From Escherichia coli (GTDB lineage: Bacteria > Pseudomonadota > Gammaproteobacteria > Enterobacterales > Enterobacteriaceae), in assembly GCF_002854065.1 (NCBI RefSeq), contig NZ_CP024151.1: DNA of 64,000 bases, one strand, 5' to 3'. Every line of letters starts with the position of its first letter. Position 1 is the first letter of the stretch. Below are positions 34,503 through 44,886 of the stretch, one piece after another. Below the pieces are notes generated by a model, which was given only the letters and a program-made list of their open reading frames with translations, was not told the origin of the DNA and made no database searches. Made by a program: the position numbers and the translations under genes.

Positions 34503-35639
34503 TTAAAACTGATACATCATACCAACAGCAAGTATATTATCGGTTGCAACTCCAGCCTTTTTGGTAAATTCGCTTTCATCAATAAGGTTAATTTTGTAAT
34601 CAATAAGAAGTGACATGTTTTTGTTCAGAAAGTAGTTTGCGCCAACATCAATATACTCAACAAGAGACTGATCGCCATAGTTTACTATTCCACCTTTAAC
34701 ATCCATCCCTTTGGACTGAACGTAAGCCAGTGAAGGACGCAGGCCGAAATCAAACATATACTGAGCCACAACTTCAATATTCCGTGCTTTATCTGCGATG
34801 CCTGCGCTACCAAATGGAGTCATATTTCGGGTTTCAGAGTAGTCAGCTGCCAGATACAGGTCATTATCATTATACTTGACCCCAACACCTGCAAACTCCG
34901 CATGTTTTCCCCCGGCAATCCAGCGAGGCGTAATAACTTCTTTTCCTTCTGAATCTTTCGATGTCATGAAACGTTTACGGCCTTCTTTTTCCTGCAGACT
35001 GGTTCTGTCGGCATTAGTGTAAGCGGCAACGATTCCAAAACCTTCATAGTCATAGCTTACGGAGAAACCATATCCATCACCATTAGCTTCAAGTAAATTA
35101 TCACGGTCATTTTTACCCTGATATTGAGCAGAAAAAGTAAGTCCATCAACAAGCCCGAAGAAATCTGTATTGCGCCAGGTCAGAACTCCGGTTGTTCTGC
35201 CGGTCATATAGTTATCAGAGTAAGTCCAGCTGTCACCACCAAAGTCCGGAAGTACGTCAGTCAGAGCCCCCACATCATAGGCAACACCATAGTTTCGCCC
35301 ATAATCAAGTGAACCGAGTATATTGTGGCGAATACCTGCAAATGCCAGACGATTTTTATCGTTGCGTACTTCACTTTCTGTCTTAAACCCCAGGAACTGG
35401 TATTCCCACTGACCAAAGCCAGTCAGGCTCTCATTAATTTGTGTTTCGCCTTTGAAACCAAGACGTGCAAATGTTCTGTCGCCATCCATAGAACCATCAG
35501 AGATGTAATGACGGGCTTTAACGCGACCATAAAAATCCAGTTTATTACCGTCTTTATTATAGATTTCTGCTGCCTGTGTTGCCTCACACAGCATTAATGC
35601 AGAAACGACAGAGCACACAACCACACTTAATTTTCGCAT
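34503..35639 (-). CDS. Outer-membrane general porin (OmpC/OmpF/PhoE family)
   Basis: Signal peptide then AEIYNKDGNKLDFYGRVKARHY..., and the C-terminal ...AVGMMYQF aromatic terminus typical of 16-strand porins; start set at MRKLSVVV inside the track ORF. Confidence 0.8.
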   Translation of the reverse strand: MRKLSVVVCSVVSALMLCEATQAAEIYNKDGNKLDFYGRVKARHYISDGSMDGDRTFARLGFKGETQINESLTGFGQWEYQFLGFKTESEVRNDKNRLAFAGIRHNILGSLDYGRNYGVAYDVGALTDVLPDFGGDSWTYSDNYMTGRTTGVLTWRNTDFFGLVDGLTFSAQYQGKNDRDNLLEANGDGYGFSVSYDYEGFGIVAAYTNADRTSLQEKEGRKRFMTSKDSEGKEVITPRWIAGGKHAEFAGVGVKYNDNDLYLAADYSETRNMTPFGSAGIADKARNIEVVAQYMFDFGLRPSLAYVQSKGMDVKGGIVNYGDQSLVEYIDVGANYFLNKNMSLLIDYKINLIDESEFTKKAGVATDNILAVGMMYQF

Positions 35640-36147
35640 AAAAAAATCCCCTGTGCACATTTTTAGTATGGTTTTAAAAATTAAACTATGGCGAAAAAAT
35701 TATCACCATGCAAATATGTAACAAAATATTTCTCGGTGATCTATGTTGTTGTTTTTATTTGAGGTTGTATATTTTCTAGTGTATTTGACTTTTCTTTCTT
35801 AAGTGTTATTTCTCGACCTTTATCACAGAACCATCTCCCTGGATATCCCCATAACATTGCATGAAAAGCAAGTTTTACCAATCTTGATTTTCAGTGTTAA
35901 ATAAGATTAATAACTGTAATTCTGCAAAAAAAAGAACACCATATGTAGTATGACTACGTATTCCACTCTGTTCGTTCACGGACTGGCATCGAAGTCTGAG
36001 GTGTACTGGCAATAGCGGATACAGTCATTTGTTCTTTTTTTAAGCATTCATCCGATGATACTTTTCCTGAATGCTACCGGAGTGGTATTCCCCTGCCGTG
36101 ATAGACTGGCCCCCTGAATCTCCAGACAACCAATATCACTTAAATAA

Positions 36148-36558
36148 GTGATAGTCTTAATACTAGTTTTTAGACTAGTCATTGGAGAGCAGATGATTGA
36201 TGTCTTAGGACCGGAGAAACGCAGACGGCGTACTACACAGGAAAAGATCGCTATTGTTCAGCAGAGTTTTGAACCGGGAATGACGGTCTCCCTTGTAGCC
36301 CGGCAACACGGTGTGGCAGCCAGCCAGCTATTTCTCTGGCGCAAGCAATACCAGGAGGGAAGTCTTACTGCTGTGGCCGCAGGAGAACAGGTCGTTCCTG
36401 CCTCTGAACTTGCTGCTGCCATGAAGCAGATTAAAGAACTCCAGCGCCTGCTCGGCAAAAAAACGATGGAAAATGAACTCCTTAAAGAAGCCGTTGAATA
36501 TGGGCGTGCAAAAAAGTGGATAGCGCACGCGCCCTTATTGCCCGGGGATGGGGAGTAA
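36148..36558 (+). CDS. insC: IS2 OrfA (InsC)
   Basis: Same 136-aa protein as at 17452-17862. Confidence 0.9.
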
Positions 36559-37421
36559 GCTTAGTCAGCCGTTGTCTCCGGGTGTCGCGTGCGCAGTTGC
36601 ACGTCATTCTCAGACGAACCGATGACTGGAAAGATGGTCGCCGCAGCCGTCACTCAGATGATATGGATGTACTTCTCCGTATACACCATGTTATCGGAGA
36701 GCTGCCCACGTATGGTTATCGTCGGGTATGGGCGCTGCTTCGCAGACAGGCCGAACTTGATGGTATGCCTGCGATCAATGCCAAACGTGTTTACCGGATC
36801 ATGTGCCAGAATGCGCTGTTGCTTGAGCGAAAAACCGCTGTACCGCCATCGAAGCGGGCACATACTGGCAAAGTGGCCGTGAAAGAAAGCAATCAACGAT
36901 GGTGCTCTGACGGGTTCGAGTTCCGCTGTGATAACGGAGAAAAACTGCGAGTCACGTTCGCGCTGGACTGCTGTGACCGTGAGGCACTGTACTGGGCGGT
37001 CACTACGGGCGGCTTCGACAGTGAAACAGTACAGGACGTCATGCTGGGAGCGGTTGAACGCCGCTTCGGCAACGAGCTTCCGGCGTCTCCAGTAGAGTGG
37101 CTGACGGATAATGGTTCATGCTACCGGGCTAATGAAACACGGCAGTTTGCCCGGATGTTGGGGCTTGAACCGAAGAACACGGCGGTGCGGAGTCCGGAGA
37201 GTAACGGCATAGCAGAGAGCTTCGTGAAAACGATAAAGCGTGACTACATCAGTGTCATGCCTAAACCAGACGGGTTAACGGCAGCAAAGAACCTTGCAGA
37301 GGCGTTCGAGCATTATAACGAATGGCATCCGCATAGTGCACTGGGTTATCGCTCGCCACGGGAATATCTACGGCAGCAGGCCAGTAATGGGTTAAGTGAT
37401 AACAGGTGTCTGGAAATATAG
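36516..37421 (+). CDS. insD: IS2 OrfB (InsD)
   Basis: 301-aa DDE transposase ORF overlapping orfA in the -1 frame. Confidence 0.9.
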
Positions 37422-37832
37422 GGGCAAATCCAGTATCCGGATGTGCTGCCAGCCTTCTCAGTTAACCGATGTTTTCCGGGCTTTTTGCCATACTGAGGAC
37501 TGATAACGTATTCCTGGTCGTAAAACCCGTCAATATGCGCCGGGGCATCGACAAAACTGACACAGTACGTCCGGAAAGAACTTAACGCTGCATGGCACGA
37601 CAATGCTGCCTTTGTCTTTACCAACAAGGCTCGTTCCCGCATAAAAGTTCTACGCCGGGATAAACATGGCGTATGGCTGCGTCAGGCCTTCACTACTTCA
37701 CACCGGAAGTCTTCCAGCCTGACACGAATATACCGTCCGGGCTCTTTCGCAGGTGCAAACAGTTTTTCACATTCGGCGAATGTCATTTCTGAATCCTGGT
37801 AACGCAACCACTGAACCGGCATATTACCGGGT

Positions 37833-38438
37833 TTGATTATTGTCGCAGTTATTTTATATCGTTTCCCCATATCGCCTCTCATCCTGACAACAAAATTACC
37901 GGCTGAGCCAGGGGGCCCTCACCCCCCTATAAGGGGTCCGCTTGGAAACATATCGAAGAAAACGGCCGGCGGGAGGAATACGGCGCGCTACCTGGGTCGT
38001 TATCTGAAGAAGCCGCCGATAGCAGCCTCCCGGCTGGCACATTACAACGGAGGGGCGAGCCTGAGCCTCCGTTACCTGGACCACAAAATGGGAGAAACGG
38101 CGACGGAAACGCTGACACAGCGAGAGCTGGTCGCGAGGCTGAAACAGCACATCCCGGAGAAGTTTTTTAAGATGGTGAGGTACTTCGGGTTCCTTGCCAA
38201 CCGGGTGTGTGGAGAGAAGCTGCCGCAGGTGTACCGTGCTCTGGGGATGGATAAACCGGAAGCAGTGGCGAAAGTGTGCTATGCACAAATGATGAAACAG
38301 TTCCTGAGTCGTGATCCGTTCGAATGCGTGCTGTGTGGCAACCGGATGGTATACCGCCGGTCCCTTGCGGGGCTGAATGTATCAGGGCTGAAGAAAAACG
38401 CGCGGGATATCAGTCTGCTGAGGTATATGCTGGCCTGA
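37833..38438 (+). pseudogene. IS91-family (rolling-circle Y2) transposase C-terminal fragment
   Basis: ...FKMVRYFGFLANRVCGEKLPQVYRALG...FECVLCGNRMVYRR... resembles the C-terminal cysteine-containing part of IS91-family transposases; the N-terminal catalytic region is absent. Family assignment is from recall and is uncertain. Confidence 0.5.
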
Positions 38439-38704
38439 CGCAGGCTAAGTGTGCCCGGGAATTGGTGCAGGAATAAAAAACAGCCTGTTGCGGTATAAGA
38501 ATCGACCATGCAGAGAGATAAAACACCGGAGTGGTGGGAAAAGCAGAAGAGCTCACGTGGCATAAGGCGTGGACAGCGGTATCGTCTGGTTTTTCAATTT
38601 CCTATACGTCAAGGATATTTAATGGAATATCAAACATTTGGCCTGATAACAATGCTCAAGGATTAATACCTGCAGGCTATGTTAAAGTTGTCCCCACACA
38701 CAAT

Positions 38705-38980
38705 CTACCTGTTTTCTCGTGTGTGCCACAGGCGCAATACATAAATAGTCTGGCCAGTAAGTTCGTAACGGATTTCGTACTCGCCAGCATAAATCCGTCT
38801 GACCTCCCTGGGTTCAAACTGAAACAACTGTTCTCCCATACGTGGATGAGTTAACAGAATGACCGGTGCCTGTGTCAGGGACTGCACCGTTCTGGCTGCA
38901 GCTGGTTTACTGGCCAGCGCCAGAAAATCATATAACCGCGCCAAATCAGAAAGCGCCTTACTGGTCCACTTCAGTTCCAT
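38705..38980 (-). CDS. RelE/ParE-family type II toxin
   Basis: 91-aa ORF ...IYAGEYEIRYELTGQTIYVLRLWHTRENR with the typical RelE/ParE C-terminus; immediately downstream of an antitoxin gene with ATGA overlap. Confidence 0.75.
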   Translation of the reverse strand: MELKWTSKALSDLARLYDFLALASKPAAARTVQSLTQAPVILLTHPRMGEQLFQFEPREVRRIYAGEYEIRYELTGQTIYVLRLWHTRENR

Positions 38981-39264
38981 CAGCGAGGCACCGGTAACGG
39001 ATTGTCAGTACCGAGGCTGTCCGCCCAGGCCTGTACAGCCTGATGGTCGATAACCTGTCCGGATGTCACATCGTCCAGGGCTTCCAGCGTCAGGCGATTA
39101 CGCTCCTCCTCCTGGGCAAGCCATGCAGAAAGCGCCTGTTTGATAATCCAGCCCCGGGACCGTTCCAGTCTGGCGGCCATCTGGTCGACTTTATCAGCCA
39201 TAGGTAATGGCACATGCGCAGTAATTACTTTTGTTACTTGTGCGGTATTGTTTTTCATTTGCAT
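38980..39264 (-). CDS. RelB/ParD-type antitoxin
   Basis: 94-aa ORF located directly upstream of and overlapping the toxin gene start. Confidence 0.65.
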   Translation of the reverse strand: MQMKNNTAQVTKVITAHVPLPMADKVDQMAARLERSRGWIIKQALSAWLAQEEERNRLTLEALDDVTSGQVIDHQAVQAWADSLGTDNPLPVPR

Positions 39265-39839
39265 ATCCGATTAGTTGTTAATCATATTTAATCATAGTGA
39301 TTACTTTCAGACGGAACAAGACAAATAATGCGCGTCAGCGCATGTAAGGCGGCATACGGTGGTTACATGTAGCACAGGAGTAAAACCGCCGAAGCCCGGC
39401 GTAAGCCGGTACGGACTGATAGATTTCACCTTACCCATCCCCAGCCCTGCCAGACCATACCCGCTTTCAGCCATGAGAGAGCTTCTGTGCGCGGTCGGAG
39501 TGGTCCCGACGAGGGTTTACCCGAAGTCGGGGCGTATCTCCGCGTTAGCGGGCCGTCAGGGCCGCTTACGAGCGTGTACTGAGAACTTCCAGCCAGAAGA
39601 CTGACAGCAATGATAATGTAGTTACAACATTCATAATTAAAAGCGACTCTGTTCCGGCCCGAAGGGCCGGGGCGGGGCCGCTTTTCAGTTATGAGGGAGG
39701 GGCTTTGTGGTTTCAGTTCTGCGCGGGACCGGGGTTTTCCTGGTGGTTGTATTTGAGTGTTGTAACTAAAATGGCTCCGGTCGGGGCCCGCCGCTTGCGG
39801 TGGGAGGTGCATATCTGTCTGTCCACAGGACAGGCAGTG

Positions 39840-40174
39840 AATAGGTTTTCTTTTTAAATGAATGTAGTTAAGTAGTTTAAAGGAGATATAAACAGGTGTT
39901 TAAAAGATACATTGCACCCTGTAAGGCTGGCGGATGGCGCTTTATGACATGAACGGTTGTAACCTTATGGGGAAGTCCCTTGCAGTTAAATGTGGATAAG
40001 CAAAATTCCTCGTCTGTGAGGCGTGTTTTGTATCAAAAACAGGAGGGACCGGATGCACCTGAAGGTGGATGATGAGGTTGTTTTTTGTATGCGGTGCTGT
40101 TTTTTTGTTCGCCGACAGGCTTCAGGCGTGCAGATGCCTCCGGTGCGGGCCGGATTATTCAGAGGAGGTCACTT
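39840..40174 (-). promoter_or_regulatory. RepFIIA origin region downstream of repA1 (approximate), with a DnaA box at 39991-39999
   Basis: Position immediately 3' of repA1 as in R1/R100-type replicons; TGTGGATAA (reverse complement of TTATCCACA) at 39991-39999; GC-rich hairpin-prone sequence at 39640-39800 further downstream. Confidence 0.45.
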
Positions 40175-41032
40175 TCAGGGGGAAGCTGTGGCCAGCCGGC
40201 TGTAATTACGGTTACGTGACAGAATCATGCGCTCTTTCACACGACGCTCCACTTCGCGTTTTACCGCCTCACGATTGGCAGTGAAGCGCCCTTCCGAGAT
40301 TTCACGCGTCAGCTGCCGTTTCACCAGGGTGACGATATCCTGACGTTCCCTGTTCGCATCACGACGCGCACGGGCACGCTTTATTCCACGGGACTTAAGC
40401 TCTGTCTGGTAACTGCGGAAACGCTCACGCACAAAACGCCAGGCTTTCGCTATCAGTTCATCCATACCCAGGGTATCCAGTCCCTGCTTTTTGCGCTGTC
40501 TGTTTTCCCATTCAACACGACTGCGGCGCGCAGCAACTACTGCATCCTCAGACACATCAAGGGCGGCAAATAGCGCCGGTGTGAACGTGATATCGGTCGG
40601 AATGTAGCACCCGATAAGCGGATCATATTCCGTCTGGTAGGTAATCAGTCCCAGCTCTGCAAGGAACGTCAAGGCTCGGGTGGCCCGGGTGATGGAGAGT
40701 TTTCCGGCAGCAGACTCCGTCGCCAGTCCGCACTCAATGGCCAGCGTAGTGATGGAGCACTGGACGCGGTTGGCCAGCGGGTCATAGTGAAAACACAGCC
40801 CCTGCAGCAGCGCATCAATAGCCCGGCGACGCAGTACCGGTGGCATGCGCCGACGCAGTCCCTTCGAACGGGCATGTGCCACATGAATGGCGAAATCAAA
40901 ACGGGAGGTGAAGCCCACCGCCTTTTCCATCAGTTTTTCGCAGAACTTCAGCGTTCCGGCACCTTCACGGGGTGTGAACACCGGATTCGGGTTTTTAACC
41001 TGTGAATAGTATTTTTGAAGGAGATCAGCCAT
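40175..41032 (-). CDS. repA1: RepFIIA replication initiator RepA1
   Basis: 285-aa protein [111 protein letters not shown]...; the track ORF begins 13 codons upstream at an alternative start. Confidence 0.9.
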   Translation of the reverse strand: MADLLQKYYSQVKNPNPVFTPREGAGTLKFCEKLMEKAVGFTSRFDFAIHVAHARSKGLRRRMPPVLRRRAIDALLQGLCFHYDPLANRVQCSITTLAIECGLATESAAGKLSITRATRALTFLAELGLITYQTEYDPLIGCYIPTDITFTPALFAALDVSEDAVVAARRSRVEWENRQRKKQGLDTLGMDELIAKAWRFVRERFRSYQTELKSRGIKRARARRDANRERQDIVTLVKRQLTREISEGRFTANREAVKREVERRVKERMILSRNRNYSRLATASP

Positions 41033-41318
41033 GTCCCCCTCCAACACTATTCCCCCTCCTACGGGCGGCAACTAGCTCGTCTGGGCCGACACGTAAAGTT
41101 TCGAACATATCTGGTCTGAACCAGATGGTTCCTCCATCAAAAGCGATGAGATGAAGATCATTATCAAGAGTTTTGAGGGCTCTCCAAACACGAGTGTATG
41201 AACCTCCACTACAAACTGAAAGCTCTTTAACAGATAAGTTAACTTTGTTCGTATCAGGGATGTAGTGTGCGCACATTACTTGTACGAGGGAAACATAAAA
41301 ACTAACCATCGACGCGCT
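41033..41318 (-). CDS. Hypothetical winged-helix-like small protein encoded inside the repA1 leader insertion; stop overlaps the repA1 start
   Basis: [94 protein letters not shown]; its stop codon lies at 41025-41027 inside the ATGGCTGA junction with repA1, so the coding sequence extends to 41025 and the 41033 lower bound marks the insert edge; the true start within the 41025-41519 track ORF is uncertain. Confidence 0.35.
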
Positions 41319-41499
41319 GATTTTATTTTTACGTTTGCCATGCGCTATTGCAAGAAAACCTCTGATGAAGATCAGATGCTTGAAGGAGTCAAAATGAGCC
41401 CTTTTCTGGAGAAGGCAGCAAAACGGGTGAGGATACTTGCTGGAATCAATGTGAAGATCTGATTCAATCCCACCCGCTATTACTGAATGTGTTTCATGA

Positions 41500-41574
41500 T
41501 TAGCCACACCATCCTGCACTTACAATGCACAGAAGGAGTGAGCACAGAAAGAAGTCTTGAACTTTTCCGGGCAT
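41500..41574 (-). CDS. tap: Tap-like leader peptide of the repA mRNA (24 aa)
   Basis: Reverse-complement ORF ATGCCCGGAAAAGTTCAAGAC... encodes [24 protein letters not shown] then stop; matches the size and position expected for the IncFII leader peptide, but here it ends about 467 bp upstream of repA1. Confidence 0.55.
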   Translation of the reverse strand: MPGKVQDFFLCSLLLCIVSAGWCG

Positions 41575-41615
41575 ATAACTATACTCCCCGCATAGCTGAA
41601 TTGTTGGCTATGCGG
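41520..41615 (+). ncRNA. copA: Candidate CopA-like antisense RNA overlapping the tap start
   Basis: Plus-strand stem-loop CCGCATAGC-TGAATTGTTG-GCTATGCGG followed by TTTT at about 41584-41614, antisense to the repA leader and the tap initiation region; boundaries approximate. Confidence 0.35.
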
Positions 41616-41805
41616 TTTTATGGGGCCCCGGTAATCTTTCTAGTCGCCAAACTTGAAGAAGATTATCGGGGTTTTCGCTTTTCTGGCTCCTGTAAATCCA
41701 CATCAGAACCAGTTCCCTGCCACCTTACGGCGTGGCCAGCCACAAAATTCCTTAAACGATCAGCAATCTACCACTCACTCCTGAGATAAGCAAGAATGTG
41801 AATAT

Positions 41806-42063
41806 TTACGAAGTCGCTCTGCGTTTCAACTCTGATTCAATCAGTTTTTCAAGCATCTGCGCCTGAGTAATACCTTCCTCATCCGCAAGTTCACTCAGCC
41901 TGTCTTTTAACCGGGCCTGAATAACCGCATGAAAAGCCTTATGAGTGTTGCTTCTGCGAGCCAGAGAAGCTCTTTGCCTCTCTCTGGCCGGAACAGGGTT
42001 ACCTTTCCGGTATGTACGCTTGGTGCCTGATGAGGAAGTCACTGCATTTTCTGTCTGCGACAT
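41806..42063 (-). CDS. repA2: RepA2 / CopB transcriptional repressor of the repA promoter
   Basis: 85-aa [85 protein letters not shown]... Confidence 0.85.
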   Translation of the reverse strand: MSQTENAVTSSSGTKRTYRKGNPVPARERQRASLARRSNTHKAFHAVIQARLKDRLSELADEEGITQAQMLEKLIESELKRRATS

Positions 42064-42322
42064 CTCGCCTCCTCAATTCTCAAACAGGGATCGTTTCGCA
42101 GAGAATACTACAGTTTTTTGAAATCAGCGACTTGAAAGTTGTGACGATGATCTGTGTTGGCGCACAAATCATGTCTGATTACGACCGTTTAATGTGATTT
42201 TGATAATGAAATGACTGAAAAGCTGGAAATGCCTTAGCCAGGGTGCCGGCCCCGGGCGGGACCGGCTGTTTCTGGTATATAGGATGTCTGCCCCTGAAAT
42301 ACCTCACACTTCCGGAAAGCGG

Positions 42323-42529
42323 GGACTTCCGTGCTTCGTAGGCCAGAGTTACCTGCACCACTGTATTTCCTCTGTGAATATTCAGCTCACATAACCGTTC
42401 CCTGAATATCAGTGAAAAACACAACACCATGGCGCACACGGCGAGCAACCCGATAAGGGCATATTTCGTCATAAACTTTGACCTCTCTGCAAAGAAGAGG
42501 CTACAATCAGTAGTGTTAAGGTACTTCAT
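42323..42529 (-). CDS. srnB: Hok/SrnB-family type I toxin, with overlapping mok-like leader frame
   Basis: MKYLNTTDCSLFFAERSKFMTKYALIGLLAVCAMVLCFSLIFRERLCELNIHRGNTVVQVTLAYEARK embedded in a longer track ORF (42179-42634); the ORF lacks a stop after the conserved ...AYEARK terminus. Confidence 0.7.
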
Positions 42530-43505
42530 GCAGACCTCACGAGTTAATGGATTAACGAGTGGGGTCTTCGCATTTCTGGTACCTGCGTCTTGCCTGAACC
42601 AGAAAGGCTCAGACACCCGCCGCGATAATACCACATTCCCTGTTGCTGGCTATTACCCCCATTTGCCTGTTTTTGTTACAAAAACGCCGGGAGCGGGGGA
42701 AAACTTACTTTTTCCCGTTTCCGGGGGGGACAACTGAGCATTGCGAACGCGTCAGCTACGATGTTCCGGTGATTGCTGATCAGCCCCTGTTGTATTCATA
42801 AACTAATTAACATTCATTCCGTCTGGTGCATAAATCTGCCCGTGAACATCTGCAGACAATACCGACCATAAAAAAATAAATAATCCCAGTAGAATATATT
42901 TCCTCATATTATTATCCATAACAAATAAATGGCACCTGTACACCTGTATTTCAGGCAATCCTGAATATTGCAGCGCACATTGAATAAGACGTTATTTCGT
43001 GACATTAATCACAAAATATAAAATCGCGACTTAATACGGAAAAAACTCTGTGCTACTCAGAACTGACTGGTCATACTGCCCGACCGGATATTAAAAAAGC
43101 AAATCTCATAAACTCCTTTCAGCCTTCTGACTCCTGGAGTAATGAAGGCTGCTTTTTCGTTACACCCTTCCCCGGCAGCGCCGGTAGCAGTGTTCAGCCC
43201 TTTTTCGGGCAAACTGCTGCCAGTCTGTCCGGGGCGCAACACAGGCAGCCCGTCGCCATCCTTCTGCCGCTTCCATCCAGCGTCCACTGACCTCCAGAAT
43301 AACGGCCCGGCTTCCGGCACGCTGCCAGCGCCAGACCTGACCGTTCCGTGAACTGTTTCTGAATCCATTCATCTTTATCACTCCTCTTTAACCCGTCAGT
43401 ATTATGGTGTTAAATAATCTACTGAATTGGCTTCCTTTCGGGTACGGAAGTTTATTTCCTTTTAAGCCTTATTTCCCTGCCTCCTCTCTCTGATGGAGGC
43501 TTTTT

Positions 43506-44066
43506 TTACTTCTCATCAAGCACGGCCTGAAGTTCTGCCTTTATCCGGTTCTGGCGGCGGATTTTATCCAGACGCTCTGCCGCATACGCTTCCTCCTCCT
43601 GAGAAATATGCTCCGTCACATACCCTTCCGTGTCATACCGGCAGGCACCGGCTTTCATGGCACACAGATAGCTTTCTGAACGGGTGATGGCCTTCAGCGC
43701 CCTGCGCAGTTTTTTATGCGAGAGCGGGATATTCCGCTGCGCCACGTCTTCCAGTAACACGTCCCGGATACCGCAGGCCAGAAGCCGGGGGGTGTCACCG
43801 TCAAATAATCCCGGCCACCAGGGCTTCAGGGTGTTCACGGCTTCATCCAGTGTGGGCAGGTTCAGATAAATGGACAGCGCCTGTCTGGCCTGCGCTTTTT
43901 TTGCCGCCAGCTCTGCCTCCCGAGCCGCTTTCTCCACCAGCTTCTGCTTTTTCACCTTCCATTTTGGTGGCGTGGTGACATTGATGATGGTTTTCCGGTT
44001 GCGGACAGGCGCTGTTCCCTCTGTCTTCCGCTTCAGTGTCAGTACCGGTCGCTTCTGCTCTGTCAT
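43506..44066 (-). CDS. finO: FinO fertility-inhibition RNA chaperone
   Basis: 186-aa [80 protein letters not shown]... Confidence 0.9.
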   Translation of the reverse strand: MTEQKRPVLTLKRKTEGTAPVRNRKTIINVTTPPKWKVKKQKLVEKAAREAELAAKKAQARQALSIYLNLPTLDEAVNTLKPWWPGLFDGDTPRLLACGIRDVLLEDVAQRNIPLSHKKLRRALKAITRSESYLCAMKAGACRYDTEGYVTEHISQEEEAYAAERLDKIRRQNRIKAELQAVLDEK

Positions 44067-44120
44067 GCTGTGTTCTGCCTCTGACGAATCATCCTCTTGC
44101 GGCCAAAGATACCATACCCG

Positions 44121-44867
44121 TCACAGCGCCAGAACGTCCAGCACAGCCAGATGACAGGCATAGAACGTCGGGAAAAAATCCCCGGGCCAGAAACGGGGTA
44201 ATGATTTTCCTGCACACGACACCAGACCAACGGTCAGCACCGTCATCACAAGGCCGGCCACCGCCGCTGCATCACTGGTGGCAAGGTTAAGCGCCGGAAT
44301 AACAGCCAGCAGGCAGGCGACCAGCGCCAGACGTTCCATTCTGTCTTCCGCCCGGTACAGCCTGTGGCTGACTGCCAGCATCAGCAGCCCGGCAATGCCG
44401 TAACTGGTGCCGGAGAAAGGCAACCACATTGCCAGAAGCAACATGGTCTCTGCGGAACGCCACCAGGTGCGCGTTTCACACCATGTCAGCACCTGTGCCG
44501 TAACTGCAAAGGCAAACAGGATATTCCCCTCATACCAGGGAAAGCCGGCCAGATAATATGCGAACTGGGCAATCACCGCCCATCCCCACAGCCGGTTAAT
44601 GGCCTCCTGCCGGATATGCGTATGACGGGACAGATTCAGCCCCCACACCAGGGCAAACAGCGGAAAGGCCCCACGCCCGACCAGAAACATCCACGACTGG
44701 TCCAGATGCAGAATGCGGTTTGCATGGTCCAGAACCATCAGCACCAGTGCCACCGTTTTGATGATATCCCGCTGTCCGGGTGACCAGACCAGCAACGACT
44801 GCAACCAGGTATCGGTCCGGGCAGCCAGTGAATCATTACGTGTTGTGTTCGTGTTATCCGTTGTCAT
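44121..44867 (-). CDS. traX: TraX F-pilin acetyltransferase
   Basis: 248-aa polytopic membrane protein MTTDNTNTTRNDSLAARTDTWLQSLLVWSPGQRDIIKTVALVLMVLDHANRIL... located between traI and finO. Confidence 0.85.
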   Translation of the reverse strand: MTTDNTNTTRNDSLAARTDTWLQSLLVWSPGQRDIIKTVALVLMVLDHANRILHLDQSWMFLVGRGAFPLFALVWGLNLSRHTHIRQEAINRLWGWAVIAQFAYYLAGFPWYEGNILFAFAVTAQVLTWCETRTWWRSAETMLLLAMWLPFSGTSYGIAGLLMLAVSHRLYRAEDRMERLALVACLLAVIPALNLATSDAAAVAGLVMTVLTVGLVSCAGKSLPRFWPGDFFPTFYACHLAVLDVLAL

Positions 44868-44886
44868 CAGCGTTTATCTTCCTGTA

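Larger units (their letters stand above)
36102..37432 (+). mobile_element. IS2 copy 2, complete 1331 bp
   Basis: Left end TAGACTGGCCCCCTGAATCTCC at 36102 and right end ...ATAGGGGCAAATCCA at 37432; 5-bp flanks differ (CGTGA versus GTATC), so no intact target duplication. Confidence 0.9.

Noticed and set aside
41025-41519. Full 164-aa minus-strand track ORF between tap and repA1 taken as a single gene
   Set aside because: Its 5' part overlaps the tap-like leader out of frame and begins at a GTG inside it; only the 3' portion (reported separately at low confidence) looks protein-like. The whole-length call is not supported.
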